64,000 nt of DNA, taken from NCBI GenBank assembly GCA_043228905.1, contig JBHGNT010000012.1:5580001-5644000 (forward strand), written 5' to 3'. Positions 37,442-50,529 of this stretch are shown piece by piece; the stretch's first letter is position 1; every line of letters starts with the position of its first letter. Under the pieces are notes generated by a model. It worked only from the letters and a program-made list of their open reading frames with translations, was not told the origin of the DNA and did no database searches. This DNA is from Azolla caroliniana. Lineage: Eukaryota > Plantae > Polypodiophyta. The position numbers and the translations under genes were made by a program.

Positions 37442-38574
37442 TGTCACGTTAATTCGCTTTCGCGTGTGAAATAAAGCGGGACCACGGGAGCCCTGCACCG
37501 AGGAGCAAGAGAGACAAGAGGAAGTGAGATGCACGCACGCGTAAGGCCTGTTAGACCCGTTGCAAACGACAATACTTGCCGGTTGAATGAACCACCAGCG
37601 CGTATACCGACTTAATCAGGGAGCACACTTCACGGGAAAGGGGAGAGGGGACTCCCGAAAACACAGATAGACGAAATGAGAGATTCAATTACAATAACAG
37701 TGGTTATTACAACGATTGCAATATTACAACTGGATAGCCGGCGATAGACCCAAACCTAGACAAACATACATGCACGCACGCGCTTAGTGGAGCCTTCGCC
37801 GGAGGCACACAGGCTTTCCTCGAAGCAGAGGCAAGCAATTCCGAAAACCTACGGAGGTTGATGATAGATGGACAGAGGAAGAGAGAGCTCGGTTCCCAGT
37901 CCGACAACACCTCACCCTTCCAAAGAAAATGTGATCCTTTTCTCAGCCTTCTCCCCTCCCTGTTAGACCTGCTTGCAACCGACAATACTTGCCGGTTGAA
38001 TGAACCACCAGCGCGTATACCGACTTAATCAGGGAGCACACTTCACGGGAAAGGGGAGAGGGGACTCCCAAAAACATAGATAGACGAAACGAGAGATTCA
38101 ATTACAATAACATGATGATTACAACGATTGCAATATTACAACCAGATAGCCGGCGACAAACACGCATGCACGCACGCGCTCAGTGGAGCCTTCGCCGGAG
38201 GCACACAGGCTTTCCTCGAAGCAAAGGCAAGCAATTCCGAAAACCTGCGGAGGTTGATGATAGATAGACAGAGGAAGAGAGAGCTTGGTTCCCAGTCCGA
38301 CAACACCTCATCCTTCCAAAGAAAATGCGATCCTTTTCTCAGCCTTCTCCCCTCCCTTTTATAGCCCCCCCGGGGTCAGACCGTTATACCCTGGTTACAT
38401 CATCTTTATTTCCGTCACTTCAGACAGAGATACACTATGATTTCCCAAACAATAAATGCGTACTACCTAGTATCCTCACACCTATGTACAAATTATTAAA
38501 TAACGTGCCACACGTAAGGGCCGGTCATACACTTTTTTCACCGATTTCGCCTAAGGCCGGTTTTCTTCACGACA
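37442..38574 (-). mobile_element. Element L: solo LTR of the F/G clade in reverse orientation, with an internal ~410-bp tandem duplication
   Basis: Minus strand begins TGTCGTGAAGAAAACCGGCCTTAGGCG, similar to the G LTR start. Perfect 4-bp TSD ACGT. 37549-37960 is repeated at 37961-38355. Confidence 0.85.
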
Positions 38575-39247
38575 ACGTATCGGTGGACGTGCGGTTTGGT
38601 GGGGGCGGATGTCATGAAGATTCCCGGCCATAGTGAGAAACTAGGGAATATCAGAAGAATCGGCGGGGTGGAGCATGTGCACTCACCCTTGTATAAATTG
38701 TGTAAATGATAGGGGTGCCATTATGGTGCCGGATAGTAGTTAATTTGGGACAGAGGATCCCATGTAATATGGGATTTATCCCACATTGTTACACATCCCT
38801 CTCCTTGTTCTATAAAAGGAAGGGAGCGCCCTTTGTAAAGGGGTTGCCCATTTTTTAGTCATAAGGCTATACCATTTTGGTCGATGGTCTTTTCATTAGG
38901 AATTGGTCTAGGGTTAGTAACTTTCTTTGTAGTCTTCTTCTTCTTCTTCTCCTTCTAGAGAAGTTGAGGCGCCGCAACCATGGCGGCAAAGCTCTGTTAG
39001 GGTTGTGTTCTTCATCTTTTCCTTCTTCATCGTTGTGTGTGTTGAGTCCTCGAGTCTGTTCTGAGTGTAGGCCGGCCCGAAGCAGGGTTTGTATCTATCT
39101 TTGTGAATATACACATATTTATATATATATATAAGGATGTGAGAGTTTGAATCTCTACCGGTGTCGTGTGTGTTTCCCTTACTCTGTTCTCTATACAAAC
39201 GAGGCGTGGTCTGAGTTAGTGTTGCGTGCATATTCTCTCTCTCCTCT

Positions 39248-39710
39248 TGTTACCCGGACAAGTATGGATGCGTCAGAGTCGGAAGGAAGTTTAGAGTCGG
39301 AATCAGAGTCAGATCAATATTTCGGATCGATGACTCAGCAGATAGCCGAATAGGACATAGTTAGTTACGAAGTTTTGTAATTCTTGATAATTATAGGCAG
39401 TAGGATTTCTTGATGAGAAAAGACCTTCGGGTTACTAATAAAAGGAACCGACGGTAGTGTAAAAATCTATTGTTGTATTTAGTAATATAAAGTTTGGTTA
39501 GGAAACCTCTGTGTACGGATCGCTTCTTGCCATCTATTCCCTTTTGTCTAAGCTATATTACATAAGTCACGATCTCGATGTCTATTATCACCGATAAGTT
39601 TACAGATAATTCGTATCTATTCGTCTAACCACAACTTCTTGATAGAACGTTCGGTACGAACTTTCATCTTATACTGTGTCGGCAAAGTAGTAATTGTTGA
39701 CCGAACAACA
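39248..39710. mobile_element. Element N: solo LTR inserted in the 3' LTR of F
   Basis: TGTTAC..AACAACA termini, perfect TSD CCTCT, and absent from the 5' LTR of F. Confidence 0.88.
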
Positions 39711-42443
39711 CCTCTCCTCTCTTGTTCCCGGCCGATTCCGGTACGTGTCCGGAATAGCCCCAGTTTGTACCACGATCGGTGCAGTTGGATTGGAGAGGGT
39801 CGGCTTCCTGGCATCCATCTCTTCTTGGTCTGAGACCTCATGGTCCCGCCCTTCTACACGCACGCGAGTAATAATGCGACAGCGACCGAGCTGCGACGAC
39901 AACACAAACCTCCGAAAGCACCAATAGAAACCAGGGACGATGACTCGACCTGGCAAGCATTACAAGAATGTCATATCATGCTACCACTAGGTCACTTATT
40001 ATAGTTAGTCCCTTGATTTACGGAAGGACTCAAATTGGTGATAGCGCCAGAAAACGCAGAGCCAACACCGGCCTTCTTCTCCAACCCAAAGGAAGGACCG
40101 GCAATAATGGCTATCATTAAAGGAAAAGAAATTACTAGAACAATTGTGGATGGAGGTTCCAGAGTAAACGTGATAAGCCAATGAACCTGCGACAACCTTG
40201 GTATCACAGAATGGGAACTGTGCCCGTTCTGGCTGAGTATGGCAGATACAAGTTCGGTTCGGCCAATCGGACTCATCTGGAACTTGGAGATTACAATCGG
40301 TGGGCATGTTTTCCTGATATCCGCGGTAGTCCTACAACTCAACGCGCAGGGAGCGTATCCCCTATTGTTGGGGAGGCCACAGCTAAGGACGGCGCATATA
40401 AAGCAAAATTGGTAGAAGAACGGCATTACCTTTCATAGAGGAAAAATGAAGGTACGGGTCCCGACCCAACCACGTGCGGGTACTAGTAAGGAGCTAACAC
40501 CACTATATGGAGAGAGCATAAACATGTTGGACAGGTTAACAGACGACGAAGTCAACCGGTACCTAGATGAACACCCGAAGATAGTTCTGTTGTTTGAAGT
40601 AGATATCGCCGAAGCCGTCACACCGTACGTCGTGCACTCAGAGGAAGTCCTTGAGGAGCTGGATCGGGAGGCGATCCGTGAACTGCAACAAGCATAGGAA
40701 TGAGAAGTGGCGGTATCTCAACGAGTGAAGGCATCTCAGCTAGAAGAGGTGGACCTTGGGACTAGAGACGCACCAAAAGCAGTGTATGTGGCAAAGGAAA
40801 TGCTTCCAAAGGAGAAGGAAGCAACAATTGAACTCCTTAAAGAATTTGAAGACGTGTTCGCTTGGTCATACGAAGATATGTGACAGCTAGATCCCCAACT
40901 ATACCAACATCAAATACACCTGAGCAAGGACGCGAAACCGGTAGTGCAACGAAGGTACCGGATGAACCCGAATTATGCAGCGAGAGTCAAAGAAGAAATC
41001 AACAAGCTGCTGAGGGTTGGTTTTATCCAACCAGTAAAACAAGCTACATGGCTAAGCCTGATTGTTGTCATCCTAAAGAAAAACGACAAGATTCGGATCT
41101 GTGTGGACTATCGAAAGCTCAATGTCGCTACAATAACAGACGCATTTCCACTACCATTTACGGATGGGGTCCTGGATGCGGTAGGCGGTCATGAGATATA
41201 TCTAGTTTCCTCGACAGATTCAGCGGGTATAATCAAATCCGGATGCACCCAACGGATAAGAGAAAATGACATTCGTACGAAATGGGGAGTGTTCGTCGCA
41301 GTAGTAATGATGTTCGCCCTAAAGACGACACTAACAACATTCTAGAGGATTATCATGGAAATATTCGGGGAATATATTCCAACATTCATGTAGGTATTTT
41401 TGGATGATTTTGTAGTTTATTGTCGGAAGGGAGAACATTTGGACCATCTTCGGATGTGTCTAGAGAAGTGTCGGGGATCCCGTCTAAGCTTGAATCCAAC
41501 GAAATGTGTTTTCGGGGTAATCAGTGGGACGCTACTCGGGCACATTGTCAATAAAGAAGGAATTGTCGTAGATCCAGACAAGATGACAGCCATCTTACAA
41601 ACACCGACACCGACTAACGCCAAGGCATTGAGCCGGTTTTTGGGACAAATTCACGTCCAACATAGCAATAGGAAGTGTGCTCATGCAGTTGACCATACCT
41701 AGGTGGTACCGTCCAATGTATTACGCGAGCGGGAAACTCTCAATGACAGAACAGAATTATTCTACAACGGAGAGAGAAGCCCTCGGAATGATATACAACA
41801 TCACAAAGTACCGCCACTATCTGTTGGGACGCAAGTTTTCCTTCCATGTGGACCATTTGGCGTTACTATATTTGGTATCCAAGGCATCCCTAACCGGTAA
41901 TTAGCACGGTGGACCTTACTACTGCATGAATTCGAATTCGAAATATTCCACCGACCAGGGGTACAACACGCGGTGACAAACTATTTAAGCCAGTTGGAAT
42001 CCGGAGAGGCCGGTGACGGAGTCCGAGACGAGTTCCCGGATGCGGAGCTATTCAAAGTCACCAAGGATACGATAGTGGATGACACAGTGGCCAACGAAGA
42101 TATATGGCTCACAAACATGCATCAATTCCTGAGTACTGGATTGCCTCCGGAAGAGCTGAGCCGGGATGAACGGAAATGGTTGGCGGTCCAGAGTCTACAC
42201 TTTTGTTTAATACAGGATACACTCTATCATAAGGGGGGGGAGGGGGAAACGCATCAAGGATACGATTCAATATTATGAACGGCCACCACGAAAAGACATG
42301 ACATCAGCCATTTAAAGCACACCATGCGCCTTACTCATACTATAATCATACACAACGTGCATGCACGGGAATCAAGAAGAGGTGGTTGGAACAATGGGGA
42401 TACAAAATGACCAGATGACCAAAAGCCTGTCATTTCGCAAAAG

Positions 42444-43551
42444 ATGGATTTTGAGAGCGCAGTAGAGCACACAGATTTCCGGAAAATCACAGGCAACAAA
42501 CCAACCCCAAGCACATCACCACAGCAGTGCAGACGAAGAAGAAGACACGGGATCGATGGCACTCTCGCCCATGACAAGGGATTGACTCATCAAGCATGGA
42601 TGGGAAGGTTTCCTCCGGGTGGCGGAGGCACTACCACATGATGAACCAGAGAAGGTCACTGCCATCATACACCTTGATGAAATATCTGAAGGAACTATGC
42701 ATGCCCTCGTAGGATTGCTTGCTAGAGGACTGTACTCCATAGAAAACCCCTCCATAGAGGTCTTGATAGAATACTTCGGGGAGTATTCCCTCGTAGGGCA
42801 ACGAGGACCCCCTATTTAGGGAGGTGGCTCATGTTTTGTTAGAATATGATTTTGTGTACCCTCGCCCACTGGCCATGCCGAAGAACAGAGCCGGTTTTAT
42901 CATCGCCACATTTGAAGGCATCAAAGTAGACTTGCCGGTAATTGTGGTGGATGCATTAAGAGCAGGCATCCAAGCAGTCATAGACGACAAGAAGGCCTGG
43001 TGCGGGTTAGCACAGTGGCTAACCCTATTACTACCCCCAACACGCACCATCAAGTAGAAGAAATGGGCCCGGCCGGAAACCACACCGAATAAGGCATCGA
43101 AACGACAGCAGCTCCTGTCAAAGCACAACCCCGGATGGACGAACAGGGAAGCCTCTCAACGGGAAGAAACACAGATGGCCCAAAGATAGGAGATGGTGGA
43201 ACCCACTTCGGAAAAGACAGCCAAACCAATTAAAATCAAGTTGTGCCGACAGGACAACGACATGGACGACCTGGTCCAAAGGGTGAACACAGAAACCACG
43301 AAGGAAGAGGCGAAAGAAGACCCAGCTGAAACCCTCCAATGTCGGTCAAGGAAGCGCGCCATGGAGCAGCAAGGGGAAGGATCGGATCCAAAGCTGGATA
43401 ACACCCCGACGGCCTGCTCAGTGGTGGTAGAACCCAGGACGGAGGAAGAACCGGAAATAAGGCTAGAAGCGGTGACAACGGTTCAATAGGAACCAGTTAC
43501 AAAAAGTCAAAGGTCTCACTAGGCCTTCAAGAACAACAACACGAGGAACGT
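42444..43551 (+). pseudogene. Degenerate extra ORF 3' of pol in element C
   Basis: Protein-like fragments (VLIEYFGEY; FIIATFEGIKVDLPVIVVDALRAGIQ..LAQWLTLL) followed by a charged tail, at the position of Athila-type extra ORFs. Confidence 0.55.
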
Positions 43552-44428
43552 TGTAGTGTATTTCGTATAGTACGTGAAAAACGTATATAGTATTCGATTC
43601 AATAAATATGAAGAAATAGAAGAAAATGTTAAAATAGGTGATACATGCATAGGGCAAGATTTGAACCTTGTACCTCCATGTTAACGATTTTAAGCCTTAC
43701 CATTGTACTAGCATATTATGAGTTTTTAAAGCTATACTAAACTTTATCCCATGTAAATATTCTAGATAAGCATGATAGAAAACATTATTCATGCATACAC
43801 ACTCGAGTTAAAAGAAAAGATGTGATAGAAAGCTAATCATGCACATGTAGTGTGCATGAAAACTAAAGTTAGAAAAAACATGATGTTTGCATGTGATAAA
43901 CTTAGACTCTTCCATTACTATATAAGGGAGAGAGAAAGATGTATAGAGGTTGTTGATTTTTTTTATAAGGGTTTATTAATACAAAATATTCATGGGATTC
44001 ACAATTTTGCCATCTAATTCTCTCTTACAATCTAAGTATCAATTAATACACTATACTCGTCGGATTCATGAGTTTTATATCTCCATCTTGCAATCACTTC
44101 GTAACAAAACTTATCTCATATTCTTCTTTCTCCTAGTCCAAAACCTCAATGGTTCCCACTCGATTCACACAACGATCTGGTGCCGAAAGGCACGACACAA
44201 GTGGTGAAGCCAACGTGAAACCCGGGTGGCAAGGAGATGGAAAATCAACCGGAAACTAACAACATATGGCGATGTTCAGGCGGATGCTACAAGAACAACG
44301 CGCAATGTCAGAGATTGCGGCGGCAGTAGAGTGGCCCGTGCAATGGAACGGGCAATTCAACGTGAAGGATGTGTCGTGATATTTGCGGGATTACAAGGCG
44401 GAAATGCTACGGTGCGGAATATCGGATC
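43552..44428 (+). mobile_element. Element J: truncated Trp-primed element (5' LTR, PBS and gag start)
   Basis: LTR 43552-44197 (TGTAGTG..CACGACA). PBS 44202-44219. Peptide NGQFNVKDVS*YLRDYKAEM aligns with G VGRFNGDKVPFYLEAYNAEM. Preceded by ACGT. Confidence 0.8.
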
Positions 44429-45943
44429 CCTCCCTATCAGTAAGTCGTAAAACACTATACAATGGTGCCATTAGGGTCAAAACAACTTGAAACGAGGACT
44501 CAGTAGTAGGATCAAGGATGTAGTTCATTACATTTATTGCATCTGGCTTATTGCAATCTGACCAAGACCTCCACATGTCACTCATCACTGTTTGCTCAAG
44601 AGGATGCCAAACTTTGAGCAAATGTTGTATGACAAGGTACATCACACCAAACCCTATCTTGGAAGGTCTCAAGATGGCGAGGTTACTGTGAACATTATTT
44701 TTTTTCCTAGCATTCCTCTTCTTGCAAAAAAACATATGATATTATTTGCTTTCATCATAATACTTTTCATCCAAGGCAACTGACCAATGTCCTCCAAAAG
44801 CAGATCCAAAAAATGTGTTGCACATGGAGTCCAAACAATATTAGGGAACTCTGATTCTAGCAAAGACCCCATGCGACCACAACTAGATGCATTGTCTAAA
44901 ATGACTTGGACCACATTTTCCTTACCAACCTTTCTAATTGCCTCTCAAATTCTTTCAGCTAACCAAGAGCCATCAACTATTGGTGTTGTATTAGCATGGA
45001 TGCAATCACTGGACTTGAGGAACATTGTCCCATAACAAGATGATACAAGGACATTTACAAGTTGCTTATGAGAAACATCAACCCATCCATTTGCTAGTAT
45101 AGAACAACCATACTTGGGTAATAATCCTCTTACCCTTTCTAACTTTTCTTGCAAGGATATTGTGAAGTTAATTTTTGCTCATAGGAAAAGACCTTGACAA
45201 ATACATTGGATGCGAAGGTATAGAAGAATAAAGCATAATATGAAAGGTCCAAGAGTTAAAAGATAAATGAAATTGAAGAGAAATAAAGTTAGAGGCGTTT
45301 TTCAAAAGTAGAAAAAGCAGAAAAAAAGAAAAAGAAGAAAAACGCAGGAAATTAAGCAGAAAAAGCAAGGTAGAGAAAAAAGCTCATAACTTCTTCATCT
45401 CTTATCCAAATTTCAAAAGAAAAGATTCGTAAGAAAGCTAACAAAGAGAGCTTTCTTGTATGAAAATATTGGATGAAAACCCAGAAATAATTATATGAAA
45501 AACGCACCACACAAACTCGAGGATATGTAAAAGAAAAGAAAAGAAAAAAGCAAGAATAACGCAACTAAAAACCTATAAATATGCGGTATCCTTAGCAATA
45601 TGGGGGATGGAGGAAGAATAGAATATCTACAAGGGAGAATAGATTATCTACAAGAAGAAGGGAGAAAGAATAAGAGGGTTATAAGAAGCTTAGTAGAAGA
45701 AAGGGTAAAGAAGGAAAAACGTTTTTGTCTAATATTATATTTAAGTAGTTATTTGGTTTTTGTTACTCTTAGAGTATAAGAGTATTGTATTCTTTTCTTA
45801 TTAGTATATTGAAGCATTCCTTTTTCCTCCTCCTCTCTTCTCTATCATTTTTCTCTATCTCTTCATCATTTTGGAGCTCCAAGGAGGGTCGATCCTTTCC
45901 GTATAACGGGAGGAACGGTTGTCCACTCATTGATGGTTGGATC

Positions 45944-46643
45944 TGACGGGAACTTGTTGTTCCTTATGCGCAAGACTCGGCCACAACCGAGATTCTTTTC
46001 ATACACAGGAAAAACAAGAAATAGAACACGACACAAAGAGGAGAAATGGTACACAGGAGGTTAACGTGGAAAACCCCCAACTAGGGGAAAAACCACGGCA
46101 GCCCACAGGCTGCAAACTGTCACTATGTATGAATGTACAAAACAGTGAGTACACGGAGGCAACAACCTCGGTCTCACGATCTTCACCACAGGCGGCGGTT
46201 ACAACAAAGGCAACGACCTCTTTCTCTCTCTCACTCCCTCTGTACACTATTACGTGCTCTCACTCTTCTTCTTGCACCAACAAGGAAGAATAAAATCATA
46301 CTTAAAAGTTTGCCCTAAGTCATATTTATACTAATATGACTTTTCGACTATTTACAAATATAGCCTCGATGGGCTCTCAGAAACATATTTACGAATATGT
46401 CTCTTTCTCCGGTTCATATCGGGCCTGCACCATCCGGCTCTCCGTAGCCGGGTACTCCTCATCTGGTTCATACCGGGCCTGCACCATCCGGCTCTCCGTA
46501 GCCGGGTACTCCTCATCTGGTTCATACCGGGCCTGCACCATCCGGCTCTCCGTAGCCGGGTACTCCTCATCCGGTTTCGGCCTCGGCCTGTTCGTCGGCA
46601 CTGTTCTTCTCCCTTCCCATCCGGAGGGACCTGTTTCCCAACA
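45944..46643 (-). mobile_element. Element M: solo LTR of a copia family related to H
   Basis: TG..CA termini and perfect TSD GGATC. Shares blocks with the H LTR (TTAACGTGGAAAACCC, TTTGCCCTAAGTCATATTTATA). Contains a ~54-bp unit x3. Confidence 0.9.
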
Positions 46644-46880
46644 GGATCTACCGATTCATCATCAAACTGATGGCAAGATATGGAGTTCGCGATGCGACAG
46701 ATCTACAAAGAGAACTTTTCCAATTACATATGGTTTCATCAATGTGCTACGTCGAGTATGAGAAGACGTTTTTGGATATATGGTCCACTTGGATTCGACT
46801 TGTTGGAGGTGTTGAAGATGTATACTTCAAGATGCAAAGATTCAAAGTAGGGCTAGATTCATATTTTCAATATGAAGTGT

Positions 46881-49800
46881 TGTTAAGGAGTAGGTAATTA
46901 ATTAAGGAATAATTATTACCTAATTATGTGATTAAGTTAAGAGATTACGTAGGGGAAGATTAAGTGATATATGCGTGTATGTGTGCGTGAGAGGAAGAGA
47001 GAGAGAAGTACACTTATGAACACAAAAAACAAGATGGGGGATAATAAAGTATATTAAAAGGTAAATATCATCAACTATCATCAAATACAAAAATACCTTC
47101 AATGAGGTATATATAGGTTTCATGTGCAAGGGTGCACATGTGCTAGGAGAATATAGGTACAACGTGTAAGTCCTATATTAAATGAGCATGGAGTGGTGGA
47201 TCTACAATGTATCCCACTCGAGTACAAAATCCTATTTAAGGCTTTATGGTCAACACACTAACTAGATTCTATCTAGGTAACTACTAAGTTACATGTGTTG
47301 ACTAACTAACTAAACTAAGTTGAGCTTGATCTCTCAACACGCCTCCTCAAGCTCAAGTGTGAGGCGTCCGACATCCGGCGTTGTTTTCGGCGTTGTCCGA
47401 CTTTCGATGTCGGCTTCTGTGCGGCTTTCGTCCGGCCTTTGGCTTTCTTCGCCGTGGCAATCTCGGTTCCTCCCCCTCAAGCCGGTGACAAAGGCTTGTA
47501 GTGTGTGGGCAAAGGTCGATTACTTCCACCCATCGTGTGTTACGAGCTACTTCAATGGAGCTCTTGGGCTCTTGTTCGGCCGCTAACTTCATCTTGAAGG
47601 CGTAATGATGGGCCATATACTCGTTGTAGCCGAGCCGAGTGACGGGATTCTTCCTTCTAGAAGAGCGTCGAAGTTTTTCGCTCGCCGATGTGAGCGCCTT
47701 CTTTACTCTGGGTGTACGCATGATGGGTACACCAAATTCACTATCTAGTGAGGGAGCCGATCCATCCGAATCATTGTCGTCGGGGTGATCGACTTCGTAT
47801 TCGAGCATCTTACCTTTGCCTTTGTCCAAGTTCGTACTTGGCCGCGACGTGCTTGGGTCGCGTGGGGGCTCTTGTAGCCCACTAAGCTCGGTCGTAATCG
47901 GACTTTCTTCGAACATGTGTTCGAAGCGATCTCCATCTTCTACCTCTTGTTCGGTGGATTCTGGGTCGATCGGAGTCGGAGTCGAAGTTGCCTCTGGTGC
48001 GTACCACGATGCGGATTCGTCAAAGACTATGTCTCGACTTACCCAAACCGCTCGGGTAGAAGGGTTGTAACACTTGTACGCCTTCTTCTTGGAGGAGTAT
48101 CCTATGAGGATACATTCCTCCAACTTCGCGTCGGGCTTCTGTCGTTGTTTGTTTGGGATGCATACATTCGCAATGCTTCTGAACACCTTGAGGTGCGACA
48201 AGATCGGCTTCCTTCTGACGAGGAGCTCGTATGGAGTTAGCTCATGGACTCCATTGTTGGTGCACCGGTTCATGAGATAGACGGTCGTGGATGCCGCTTC
48301 AGCCCAATAGAAATTCGGCATGTGCTTCTCATGCATCATGGCGCGTGCTACCTCAAGTATTTGCCGATTCTTCCTTTCGGCGACTCCATTTTGTTGGGGT
48401 GTGTGTCGGCACGAGAATTCTCTTTGAATGCCTTCACTTTGGAGGTAGGAGGTGAATTCGTCGGAGAAGTACTCCTTTCCTCCATCCGATCGTAGGCATC
48501 GAATGTGCCGACCGGTTTCTTTTTCGACTTGCCCCTTGAGCTTTTGGAAATGGGAGAGCACTCCACTTTTCTTCTTCATCGGGTAGATCCACGCATAACG
48601 TGAGTGGTCGTCGATGAAGGTTACGTAGTATCAGCATCCGCCGATCGTCGGCGTTTGAGCCATTCCCCATACATCCGAGTGTACGACGTCGAGGAGGCCT
48701 TTGCTCACATGGCTCTCCTTCGGGAATGGTAGTCGATGTTGTTTGCCGACTTGACACGCTTCACATACTCGGTCGACTCGTTTCGACTCGAATGTCGGAA
48801 GTCTGATGACGACTCCCTTTGTTTGCATAGCTTGAAGCCGTTGGAGGTTGATGTGGCCAATTCTTTTGTGCCACAACTCGATGTTCGTCTTGTTTTTGAG
48901 ACCTTTAGCGTACATTGCCGATTTCACCTCGTTCGAATCGAGGATGAACATTCGGCCTTCTCTCCGCCCCTTAGCTACGACTCGACCATCTTTCTCGATG
49001 AAGTATCCTTCTTTGTTGAAGCGGACTTGCATGCCTTGCTCCACGATTTGGCCGACCGAGACCAAATTCTTTGCTATTGTGGGCACGTACAAGACATTCT
49101 TGATGCAAGTTTGCTAGCCTTCTTTCCCAAATGGGACATTGCCGATGTGTTGAATGGGATGCGTGGTGTCGTCTCCCGTCTCTATAAAGTCGGGTCGATC
49201 CGGCATTCGTAAATCACGAAACCACTCTTCGTGGGATGTCATGTGATATGAGGTGCTGGAATCTACGAACCACACGTCTTCCGGATTGGAGGTGCTTGCA
49301 GAGTTGGAGGCTGTCATAGAGTTCGCTCTATGCCGCATTACAAATAGTCCGCCGTAATCCTCGTATTCGGCGTTGTTGGCGTAGTTTGTGAGTTGTCAGC
49401 TTGTAGACGCCAACTCACTTCTTTTCTTCCGACACTCCGCCTCATGGTGGCCGATTTTGCCGAAGCCGCCCAAGCATACTTGAACCATCTCGTCTTCGTC
49501 GACATTTATGTTGATGGAGCCAAGAGAGTTGCAAATGCTCTTGATTTTGGCGGTGTAGTCCAACACGGACATGTCTTTTTGCCAAATGTTATTCAACTCT
49601 TGCCGGAGTTGAAGTTTGCGGGCGGTCATGTTGGCAGCGAACATTTTTTTTAAGTTCTCCCATGCCTCTATAGGCGTCTTGGCGTCTCGAATGTGGCTAA
49701 GCATATGGTCATGGACACATGTTGCCAAGCAATACATTACCCGACCCGCTCCTCGCTCCCACATTGGGTAGTTGGGTCGTTGATGTAGCTCCAATACCCT

Positions 49801-50529
49801 TGGCCGACGAGGTATTGGGTCATCTTGTACTCCCAAGATGAATAATTGCTCCGGTCTAGTTTTTCACTAGGGAGAGAACTACCCATTTGTGTGTTCATTT
49901 TGTTGTTGTGTCTTCCTTTTTGTCTCTTCTTCCTTTTGTCTCGTAGATGTGCTACGTGGCGGCACTACGGTAGCGGATGGCCGGAATTTGTCGTCGGCGT
50001 TTCGAACACACAATCACGAAGAGTCGGGTGGGCTTAGTGGATATGCTAAACCACACGCTCTGATACCATGTTAAGTATTAGGTAATTAATTAAGGAATAA
50101 TTATTACCTAATTATGTGATTAAGTTAAGAGATTATGTAGCGGAAGATTAAGTGATATGTGCGTGTATGTGTGCATGAGAGGAAGAGAGAGAGAAGTACA
50201 CTTATAAACACAAAAACAAGATGGGGGATGATAAAGTATATTAAAAGGTAAATAACATCAACTATCATCAAATACAAAAATACCTTCAATGAGGTATATA
50301 TAGGTTTCATGTGCAAGAAGGGTGCACATGTGCTAGGAGAATATAGGTACAACGTGTAAGTCCTATATTAAATGAGCATGGAGTGGTGGATCTACAATGT
50401 ATCCCACTCGAGTACAAAATCCTATTTAAGGCTTTATGGTCAACACACTAACTAGATTCTATCTAGGTAACTACTAAGTTACATGTGTTGACTAACTAAC
50501 TAAACTAAGTTGAGCTTGATCTCTCAACA
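46881..50529 (-). mobile_element. Element K: internally deleted Ty1/copia lacking RT and RNase H
   Basis: LTRs 46881-47339 and 50069-50529. TSD AGTGT/AGTGC. PBS at 50057-50068. Gag, protease and integrase are present, then the sequence jumps from the RT start (RWVEV) to the 3' end near 47520. Confidence 0.93.

Larger units (their letters stand above)
15919..39881 (+). mobile_element. Element F: non-autonomous gag-only LTR element (tRNA-Trp PBS) hosting E, H, G, L and N
   Basis: LTRs 15919-16726 and 38610-39881 (the latter split by N). PBS 16731-16748. PPT GGTGGGGGCGGA at 38598-38609. 4-bp TSD GCGG/GCGA, whose removal restores the host gag frame. No pol motifs seen. Confidence 0.9.
9121..43551 (+). 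mobile_element. Element C: old Athila-like Ty3 host, in pieces 9121-9253, 14890-15918 and 39882-43551
   Basis: Gag reads through the insertions (PLEDEAKAV|FLAALQEPLRTM; EWIQTTNERNA|TELRRQ). Protease IVDGGSRVNV near 40140, RT 40900-41650, RNase H YYASGKLS..EQNYSTTERE, and FPDAELF. Most of the integrase is deleted near 42240. No LTR lies in the window. Confidence 0.88.

Noticed and set aside
44101-44160. Alternative J LTR end at CGTAACA (44106) with a self-priming site
   Set aside because: CACGACA at 44197 followed by a Trp PBS fits the F/G pattern much better.
45168-45564. Hydrophobic ORFs repeated at 52264-52660
   Set aside because: They are antisense readings of the A-rich LTRs of element I.
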